Source of the DNA: a virus | Taxonomy: Duplodnaviria > Caudoviricetes | IMG/VR virus record: IMGVR_UViG_3300037041_001875 | Coordinates: 1,600-65,599 of that record | Length of the DNA stretch: 64,000 nt | Reading direction: 5' to 3' (one strand) | In this document: one piece after another, positions 56,904-64,000 of the stretch | How the letters are laid out: every line of letters begins with the position of its first letter | Position numbering within the stretch: position 1 is the first letter of the stretch | The notes under the pieces: model-generated | Told to the model about the DNA's origin: nothing | The model's database searches: none | The model's input: the letters and a program-made list of their open reading frames with translations, nothing else | Position numbers and translations under genes: made by a program

Positions 56904-57556
56904 TGCAGGTTGCGACATACAAAGGGCCTGCCGGGACGCTTCAGTTGACGGCAAAGGATCGCCTGCTGGCCGCTCGAGGCGTCCTCGGTGAAGGCGACAA
57001 GAACCCGTCGGACGAGGTCATGCGAGCCTACTTGTGGGCCATCATGCGAAGGTGCTTGATACGCGGGACAGTCATTGGTTACGGCACGATGTGGGAGCAA
57101 TTCTCCCAGCCGATCAACCCTGCTTGGCGTGCCGATGGTGTGTTTTGTCGTGAGGGGGGTCTTTATCACGGGAAAGACGAATGCGCAAGCGAAAAATTGG
57201 CTCGGCGCGCAAAAATTTCTGCGACCCCCTGGGATAACATTCCTGTCAAGATCCGAAACGCCGTGGACCAGTTTGCCAGCGGAGCTCTCCCGCCGCCGAT
57301 GACCGAGAGGCTCTTGCCTGCCGGCCGCAACCGCCTGTCGAACTGGGCAAGCTACAAGGGCGTCCGCGAGAAATTCCCGTGGGGCGTGGCCATTGGGGGT
57401 GAGTGGTTCCTCGAGGATAGACCCATGCGAGCTGGCAACGTTGAGATTGTCGGCGTCACAGACGTTGTCGAGCCCTCAAGCATGATCTTGAAGGTTTCTT
57501 CTATCGGTATTGGGATTGTCACTGCTTTAGCGTGGTTGTTCTTCTACCGTAAGTAG
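56903..57556 (+). CDS. SleB-like cell-wall hydrolase candidate with C-terminal TM
   Basis: LLAAR...GEG...WAIMRR...QFS. Confidence 0.5.
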   Translation: MQVATYKGPAGTLQLTAKDRLLAARGVLGEGDKNPSDEVMRAYLWAIMRRCLIRGTVIGYGTMWEQFSQPINPAWRADGVFCREGGLYHGKDECASEKLARRAKISATPWDNIPVKIRNAVDQFASGALPPPMTERLLPAGRNRLSNWASYKGVREKFPWGVAIGGEWFLEDRPMRAGNVEIVGVTDVVEPSSMILKVSSIGIGIVTALAWLFFYRK

Positions 57557-57560
57557 AATA

Positions 57561-57827
57561 TCAGGAAGCTTTTTCGAGGGCGTTCTTTGCCCGTCGGGCA
57601 GCGCCAGCTTCTTGCAAGCGCTTCTTGTGATCTTCTCGCATCACGCGCTTTACGGGCTTCGCCACTTCCTTGCTCGCCAGCCATTCTTCGAGAGTGGTGA
57701 TCTTCACGAATCGCTGCTTGCCCACGATAACTAGCGGCAGATTTCCCTTTTTGTGCTCATTGAGAAGGGTGACTTCACGTAGTCCGAGCTCAGCGGCGGC
57801 TTCTTCGAGGGTCTTCATTCCTACCAT
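57561..57827 (-). CDS. Excisionase-like HTH protein
   Basis: TLEEAAAELGL...GNLP..IVGKQRFV...LEEW. Confidence 0.75.
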   Translation of the reverse strand: MVGMKTLEEAAAELGLREVTLLNEHKKGNLPLVIVGKQRFVKITTLEEWLASKEVAKPVKRVMREDHKKRLQEAGAARRAKNALEKAS

Positions 57828-57838
57828 GATAGGGCTCC

Positions 57839-58228
57839 TTACGTTTGTGGATAAATTCGTCGCTCATAGAACATCATTCGGCCGTCGTCATCATGGCCAA
57901 GGTTATCTGTGAAGTCAAGCGGTCTGAAAGCACTCTCCGAAAGAAAAATTACGTTGTCAACGGCTTCGCTCTCCCGATTCTTTTGCAGGTCGCCGTGTTT
58001 TGTTTTGCTGCGAATCCACCTTCCCTCTTCTGGATGCAGCAATACGAGCACTAGATATTCCCTACTAGGAGCTTCGGGCGCCTCAACGCCCAGCAACACT
58101 TGCCTTTCCGTGGACACAGGTTTGTAGTAAGACCGTGTCAACCAAATGGAGTGGGGATGCACGAATTCGTTGTAGGGAACCCAGTTCATAGCGCGATCCT
58201 TTCCAGCAGGTCGTCGATGCTCGAGCAC
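57839..58228 (-). CDS. Hypothetical protein (likely start MNWVPY)
   Basis: Packed gene run. Confidence 0.55.
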   Translation of the reverse strand: MLEHRRPAGKDRAMNWVPYNEFVHPHSIWLTRSYYKPVSTERQVLLGVEAPEAPSREYLVLVLLHPEEGRWIRSKTKHGDLQKNRESEAVDNVIFLSESAFRPLDFTDNLGHDDDGRMMFYERRIYPQT

Positions 58229-58872
58229 AACGGAATCTGAAATCGCAGAGTGGAGTCTAACAGGTGGAGGTGTTTGTAGAGCGTTTTTATCTGTTTTGGG
58301 CTTGCAAGCGAGTAATTATGGGCAGTTATGCACGCCAGATTCGGGTTTTTCGTATTATGCCCTGCCGTATTATGCCCTGCCGTAGTATGCCCCCACGCGG
58401 TGAGCTCGCAAGCGTCGCAGAGTCGAACAATCTCCTCGAGAAGGCCTCGATTCTCAGAGCCCCTCTCTCGAGGATTGTGCGCGGCCGTCCGGCCGGAGGC
58501 AAACCACAAGGTGGCCTTGGGTGCCATGATTCCTTCGAGGAGCCCCACGAGCCCGCCGATGCGCGTCAGAAGGTGTCCTGTTTGAATCCATTGCTCAGTG
58601 CCATGGCCGAAATAGGCGAACACGTTGAAAGGCGCTTTGTTGTGCTGCTGGAACACTTGGGTCACGGTGTTTTCCACGGCCGCAGACCTTCGAAGAGCTG
58701 GAAGCTGGCACGGAACCGGGACCATGAGCACCTCATGGCCGAGCGCGTTGTGATGCTTCGCGTAGGCTGCGGCTTCCCGCTCGAATTCAGCGCTGGTGTT
58801 CTTGTTTACATACAAGATTAAATGTCGCATCCTATGCCTTCTTCGCGGAACAAATCGCCCATAGACCTGCAA
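58186..58872 (-). CDS. Hypothetical protein with FGHG motif and a 15-bp tandem repeat
   Basis: AYFGHG; GHTTA-GHNTA-GHNTK. Confidence 0.6.
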   Translation of the reverse strand: MQVYGRFVPRRRHRMRHLILYVNKNTSAEFEREAAAYAKHHNALGHEVLMVPVPCQLPALRRSAAVENTVTQVFQQHNKAPFNVFAYFGHGTEQWIQTGHLLTRIGGLVGLLEGIMAPKATLWFASGRTAAHNPRERGSENRGLLEEIVRLCDACELTAWGHTTAGHNTAGHNTKNPNLACITAHNYSLASPKQIKTLYKHLHLLDSTLRFQIPLCSSIDDLLERIAL

Positions 58873-59084
58873 AGGGTCGCGGACGAAACGCGCAGGATGC
58901 GGCTGTCTCGAGCTAGGTAAAACTCATATTTCGTTGGGTCGAGCAGTTCTGAGGCCGACAGACCCTCGTCTCTTAGCTGTTTTATTGCGCTCTTTAGTGT
59001 CTCGTGCATCGAGATTGTGCTGTCTTCTAGGTCGATAGACAAAACTGAAAACGTTGGGGCCTTTTTTGAGCACTCGTCAGTCAT
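58818..59084 (-). CDS. Hypothetical protein
   Basis: GGAGG RBS; coupled to the integrase. Confidence 0.55.
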   Translation of the reverse strand: MTDECSKKAPTFSVLSIDLEDSTISMHETLKSAIKQLRDEGLSASELLDPTKYEFYLARDSRILRVSSATLCRSMGDLFREEGIGCDI

Positions 59085-60117
59085 TTGAATCCTCCATGTC
59101 GTCGTCCGTTGCGTACATATCCTCGAGCCTATCGTTCATCTCATCCATTCTATTCGAATGGAGGTAGATTTGAGTGGTCTCTATGCTCGTGTGACCGAGA
59201 AAGTTTGCTACAAGCATGATGTCCTTGGTTGCCTGATACAACCGAAGAGCGGCCGTCTTGCGAAAGCGGTGCGAGCGGACCTCCGAGGCCTCGATGCCAC
59301 ACGCCACGGCGTAGTCCTTGAGATGCTTCGAGATGTGCGCGTAGGAGCTCTTCGGCCGGTTCTCTGCCGACGCGGCCGGCGCGACGATATCCGCGATGTA
59401 GTTCCAAGCTCCTGGCCATCTGCTCAGTACTTCGAGCTCTTCGCGGACCACGCCCGAGGGCAAGCTGCGCTGCTTCAACCTCTTCGACCAGATCATCAAA
59501 GGAGCACCAGTCTCGACCGAGTGGAGCACGGATTCTCGTTGAATCCATGGTGTGTCCGCACCTGCTCGAAGGCCGAGTTTGATAGCGATGCGCAGCACTG
59601 GCCACGTCCAGGGCCATCGAGGATTGCCCTTGTCGGCGTCGATCACCGCAAGGATTTTACCTACCTCTTGTTCAGTGAACGCGGGAAGGATCTTCTTGGT
59701 CGGCGCTTCCCGGTCGCGGAGCATCTTCTTCACCTTCAGGCCGGCGAGCTCGACGATCAACTCTCCGCGGTTCGTATAGAGCGCGTACTGCCTGATAGCG
59801 GCGCGGATCGCGTGCTTAGTGGTCAGTTGCAGGTCACGTCTGCGCAGGGCGTCGACCGGCGTCCCGCCTGTGGTAATGAGCGCGTGCCAGACGTAGTTGG
59901 CATACGTCTCAGCGCTGTTCTTCGACAACGCGGCATCCTCAATCATGAAGCGGACGAACGCCTTGCAACTCTCCCGGCAACACTTGGCGACGTAGGTCCG
60001 CGCCGCATGCACAATCTCAATGGGCACGGGCTCAAAAATCGCGTCCTTGCCGTTGATAAGGGCCTCGGCGCCCTCGAGGCCGTTCACGAGCCGGTTGGCG
60101 TTATCGTTTTGGCTCAT
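59077..60117 (-). CDS. int: Tyrosine recombinase/integrase
   Basis: LGLR, HRFRKT, LGHTSIETTQIY catalytic set. Confidence 0.92.
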   Translation of the reverse strand: MSQNDNANRLVNGLEGAEALINGKDAIFEPVPIEIVHAARTYVAKCCRESCKAFVRFMIEDAALSKNSAETYANYVWHALITTGGTPVDALRRRDLQLTTKHAIRAAIRQYALYTNRGELIVELAGLKVKKMLRDREAPTKKILPAFTEQEVGKILAVIDADKGNPRWPWTWPVLRIAIKLGLRAGADTPWIQRESVLHSVETGAPLMIWSKRLKQRSLPSGVVREELEVLSRWPGAWNYIADIVAPAASAENRPKSSYAHISKHLKDYAVACGIEASEVRSHRFRKTAALRLYQATKDIMLVANFLGHTSIETTQIYLHSNRMDEMNDRLEDMYATDDDMEDSND

Positions 60118-60634
60118 TCTCTTTTTCTTTTATCTCCTTGCGCAAATTGTCGTCGCACGTCAGGTCATCGCAGCAATGACAAAGTTGAATATGCGTCCGC
60201 TTGCACCACTCACTGATACTGATACCTTCGGGGGGTGAGATAACCCGATTTATCTTTTCTATGTCTTCTCTCGGCTCGACCTCTTCGAGCATCCAAGCAT
60301 GGTTGACGGCCCACTGGCTCACTTTGGCTCTCATCTCGTGCAGTTCTCTCTCGAGCTCGTCTCGGTCGGCTTTCAATGCTTGTATACAATCAACGATTCG
60401 ATTTGCGACCTCTTTGGCGGTGCAAGGCCCCTCAACATCGACCTCCCCAATTAGAGCACCTTTGGCCTCTTCTAATACTTTACGAAGAGCCATGTTCTCT
60501 TGGTCGAGGTCTTCTATCACACTTTCTACCTCGTCTACTTCGATCTTGAGAGCGTCGCGCTCGCCTTCTATTTCGGCAAACTTAGCCTCTCGACAATCAC
60601 ACGCATGATGATGGACTGTACATTCTCTTGTCAT
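60101..60634 (-). CDS. Coiled-coil phage protein
   Basis: CTVHHHACDCRE motif, heptads. Confidence 0.7.
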   Translation of the reverse strand: MTRECTVHHHACDCREAKFAEIEGERDALKIEVDEVESVIEDLDQENMALRKVLEEAKGALIGEVDVEGPCTAKEVANRIVDCIQALKADRDELERELHEMRAKVSQWAVNHAWMLEEVEPREDIEKINRVISPPEGISISEWCKRTHIQLCHCCDDLTCDDNLRKEIKEKENEPKR

Positions 60635-60728
60635 CCTTTAACCCCCTTAAAGGCCCTGGCCATAATCTCGAGGGGGCGCCGTAGCCTAGTCAATTCGATT
60701 TCTAACTGGTCGTCCTCGTCAGACATTG

Positions 60729-61367
60729 TCATTCTCCTTCGAGGCTTTCGAGCTCATCGAGCGCTTCGACGAGTCGCGTAAGAGACTTGATCTCGTGCTC
60801 TGGTCCGTAGGACACATAAGGCGCCCCGCGAGCTTCACGTTGCAGGTTGACAATCACGGCGAGCTCGAGTTGATAGTCTCGAGATGAGCTGAGCTCGGCC
60901 TGCCGTGGGTCGCTGTTCACGAGGTCTTCCCGCCGAGTTACCGCTTCGATTTCCTCGACGGTGTCGTCTTGCGGCGGCAAGGCCTCGGCGGGAACCTGCT
61001 CAGCCTCGAGCACTGGCTCTGAGCGAGCTTTGAAGCACTCATCGCAATGATCCGTGCGCGTGCCGTCGAGGTTACGGCCTCCATGCCAACCAGGCGCGTG
61101 CAGACCGTCGAGGAACCATATCGACGGGATCGGCCCCTTCCATTGGGGGTCGTATATCGTATGCTCGATGCCGCATAGGTCGCACTTGATATGCGGCTTG
61201 CCGGGAACGCCGTCCAGTCTATCGTCTAAACCGCAATGGTAGCTCATGAAAAGTCGTGTCCACTTTCCGGGCCTCTTCGACCTCTTCGGGCGTAGGTACT
61301 CGATTCTCTCGCTGATAGGTGTTAAGGCCACAGCAACACCCCGCGCCTGCACACAATGTCGTTGCAT
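60729..61367 (-). CDS. Zn-finger hypothetical protein (true start probably downstream)
   Basis: CDLC...GW...DHCDEC. Confidence 0.55.
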   Translation of the reverse strand: MQRHCVQARGVAVALTPISERIEYLRPKRSKRPGKWTRLFMSYHCGLDDRLDGVPGKPHIKCDLCGIEHTIYDPQWKGPIPSIWFLDGLHAPGWHGGRNLDGTRTDHCDECFKARSEPVLEAEQVPAEALPPQDDTVEEIEAVTRREDLVNSDPRQAELSSSRDYQLELAVIVNLQREARGAPYVSYGPEHEIKSLTRLVEALDELESLEGE

Positions 61368-61515
61368 AAGCTATGCTCATCGCAATAAGGTGGCAGCGCC
61401 AACGCTGGCCGTCCCAGAATAAGTGCTTGCAATACGTAACAGGATCAAACCCACCATAACTGCATGGTCCCTTACGGCAACAAAAACCGCAACCTATGCA
61501 GGCCTTCCCGATCAT
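61219..61515 (-). CDS. CxxCxxCC (YkgJ/FliB-like) metal-cluster protein
   Basis: CIGCGFCC...C..L...C. Confidence 0.6.
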   Translation of the reverse strand: MIGKACIGCGFCCRKGPCSYGGFDPVTYCKHLFWDGQRWRCHLIAMSIAYATTLCAGAGCCCGLNTYQRENRVPTPEEVEEARKVDTTFHELPLRFRR

Positions 61516-61722
61516 TTCTTCTCCCAGCTAGAGCAAAGACTCGAGCCGTCTGTATAAACCGTGACTCTTCGAGGAAAGACCTCGTTGGCGTCCAAATAGC
61601 TTCGAAGCTCACACTTCCAATAACGTCCCTTGTAGCCGAAATCCGCCAAAATTTCAGCGCTAGTCTCATAGCCGCTCTTGTGTTTGCAATCCTTACAGCT
61701 CTTGCCCCTTGGATGTAACACG

Positions 61723-61923
61723 TCAACAGTCATGGCTTTCCTTCCAGCCGTCCTTTTCGAGGATTGCCTCGAAGGGACGTTTGTGCATACGGTGTCCATA
61801 TTCCCATAGCTTTGAATCAGCCCAGCGACCGCCGTAGTACACTTCTTGGTCGTTGATACACTGCACAAGCAGGTCTGACCCATCGGGCGAAACGAACCTT
61901 TGTCCTGCTCTAACGACTATCAT
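61723..61923 (-). CDS. Small hypothetical protein spanning the circular junction
   Basis: Frame stays open across 61864/61865. Confidence 0.55.
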   Translation of the reverse strand: MIVVRAGQRFVSPDGSDLLVQCINDQEVYYGGRWADSKLWEYGHRMHKRPFEAILEKDGWKESHDC

Positions 61924-64000
61924 GACAACTAACCTTTTTTATCCGCCAAATACAATGGAATCTCTAGGTGCTTACCTTGTTATGCCCCATGGAGTAATAA
62001 TACGCCCAGCCATGATTTCCTAAATCCGCAACAATCTGCTCATTGTCTAGCATGGGTCACTTCCCTCTTTCTAAATAACGGTCACAAGCTCTGCTATTAG
62101 CATGTGCTGGCCGTTCCGCCGTGTGTCCCGATACGTATATCAAGCATCGACCATACCCATAAGGCCAGTTTGCGTTAGTGCCTCTGCCATTGATGTAGCA
62201 CTTACAGGTTCGGCAGGTCTTAGGTGGGTGTCCCATGGGGAGCTCCTTGCGGTCAGTCGTCCTTGACAGTGCCAAAAATGCGGTACGACTCGATCCCTGT
62301 GGCCTTGTCGTTGAAAGGCCCCTCGACCATCGCGTCGGGAATGAACGTCAAGGCCTCGGCAACTTGATCGCCGAGCTGCGTCGACACTTGCACGAGCACC
62401 CCACGGCCTTCGATGTTCATGGCCTTTGTGGATTTCATCCAGCCATGGCCGTCAGAGTAAATCTTAGAGATGATCTTCCAGAGGTCTGGATTGCCGATGA
62501 TTTTTACGGTGCTATCGAGCTCCTTGACGTCAGCAGTGTTTTTTGCGTTGACTTGCTTTACCATTGGTCACTCCTTTATGTGTTCTATCTGCAAAGCGCA
62601 TGATCCACAGGTTGGGCATATGCCGTAGACCCCAACCTCTTCGGGCAGGTCTACCACGGTGTCGAGAATCCACGAACATCCCTGCGGGCAAGCGCAGCGC
62701 CATGCCAAGAGCGGCCGCGAAGACCTCGAGATCAAGAGGAGCTGTTCCTTGTCGCGGAAGAACTTGGCCACGAATCTATCGAAAACAGATTCGCCCGGTA
62801 GCAAGAGCAACCGCACCGCAGCGTGACCTTCCCCGCGAGCGATGAGGCGCATATAAACAGGAACTCTGCTCAAATCTCCCCAAATCGACCCCTGATCCCC
62901 AGGCCGAGCGCTCCCACGGGTGTCCTCAGAGAGCTCGAAGAGCGCTTGGTATTCTCCCACTTGGTCTATGGGAAGAATCTCCGCGAGGAGCTCGAGATCG
63001 ATGGGCAGACGCTCGACGAGCAAGCGCTCCTCTTGCCACTGCCTCTGAGCGGCCTGGGCCTTGCCCCCAGGTGTCCACCCGCCCTTGTCCCGGCGAATCT
63101 CCCCACGAGGAACGACCGCGGGGGCCTCGACGGCGCCGAAGGCTAGAGCGGCCTCGCATTCGTCCTTGCCGCAGCTCTTCGGCGGAACGGCTACGCCGTC
63201 AGCTCCATAGAAGAAGCGCTTCGCAGGGATAAGCTCTTGGCAAACTGGGCAAAGCACCTCGGGTGCCACCACCCGCGGCCGGCCGGTCGGCTTGATGGGC
63301 TCGTTCACACGGCCGAGCTCCACGACGAGCTTTTTCGCATCGCAATGGAAGTGAGCGGCAAGAGCCTCGAGGCCTTCCCCGTCGCGGTAGCGCTGAACAA
63401 GCTCGACGAGCTGGTCTGTGGTGAACTCGTACTTATTAGGCGGCGGCCGGCGTATGGGCCTATCAGGGCTCCCAGTGATACCAAGCTCGCGGCAGACGAC
63501 CTTGACCACGGTCGACCAGGCTACGCCAGTCTTGCGGGCAATGTCGGGACCAGTCATGCCCGTTTCGTATAGTTCAACGATTTCAGTGATCTGCTCGCGT
63601 GTTAGGTGAACTCCGCTGGGCATTATCGTTTGATCCTTATTGATTCCTTGACGGTGTCAAGGAGCTGCGATTCGATGCAAGAGCCGAGGCATGCCTGCAA
63701 GGTCGCCGAGCAGCTCTTATTTACGGTTTCGATTTCTGTTACGTGCGCCTTGAGAGCTCTTATTTCCGATTCAAGAGTTTGAATCTGCTTAAGCTTTTCG
63801 TCACTTCTGATAGTGAAAACAGTTATCAGGAACACCATTAATGCAACCCAAAGCATATAAAGGATTGCTACCGTGCGCCCACTTAAAAAATCTATCATTT
63901 TTTCGCCTTTTTTAGCTCACGAGCCTTTCCCTATCACGACAAATAGGTATTTGTCAAGCGCCTGTTTACAATGTAAACGTGCAAAATCGGCGCGGAGCGC
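61865..64000 (+). repeat. Second copy of bases 1-2136 (circular wrap-around)
   Basis: acaagcaggtctgaccc at 1 and 61865; duplicated ORFs offset by exactly 61,864; ORF 61723..61923 crosses the junction. Confidence 0.97.

Larger units (their letters stand above)
1..61864. mobile_element. Complete circular temperate virus genome (unit length 61,864 bp), probably tailless and membrane-containing
   Basis: Sequence wraps at 61865; integrase/excisionase, phage-type replication genes, structural module; no cellular housekeeping genes. Confidence 0.85.

Noticed and set aside
57556-60120. attP site near the integrase
   Set aside because: Genes abut closely and no core or arm repeats are recognisable without a host sequence
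1-61864. Specific host assignment (e.g. Myxococcota/Deltaproteobacteria)
   Set aside because: CTCGAG richness, CheR and the Cys-rich lipoprotein are only suggestive; no direct evidence
61865-64000. Biological direct terminal repeat or gene duplication
   Set aside because: The repeat runs to both window edges and an ORF crosses the junction; simple circular wrap-around explains it
1-64000. CRISPR array or cas locus
   Set aside because: No regularly spaced repeats seen; the Cas4-like gene sits in a standard phage recombination module

Overview
The window holds one complete circular (or concatemeric) element of 61,864 bp: bases 61865-64000 repeat bases 1-2136, and an ORF reads through the junction. 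It looks like a temperate bacterial virus, but I see no terminase, portal, HK97 capsid, tape measure or tail tube. Instead, a ~26 kb plus-strand module (31.3-57.6 kb) encodes a transglutaminase-like protein, many small membrane proteins, one candidate single-jelly-roll capsid protein, three paralogous internally duplicated (double-jelly-roll-like) proteins, a heptad-repeat spike, triplicated beta-sandwich and LamG-like proteins, and membrane-anchored peptidoglycan-binding/hydrolase proteins. This suggests an unusually large tailless, membrane-containing virus with no recognisable packaging ATPase. The minus-strand arm encodes a UDG-PolA fusion, SNF2 helicase, Cas4-like nuclease, AAA_24 ATPase, DnaQ-like exonuclease, DenV-like glycosylase, CheR methyltransferase and tyrosine integrase. 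The most striking locus is a five-gene operon (13.2-17.1 kb): three ATP-grasp ligases, a cysteate-synthase-like PLP enzyme and an APS/PAPS reductase, a candidate viral pathway for making a sulfonate (cysteate) and ligating it to a target. All calls come from reading motifs by eye; no database search was run.
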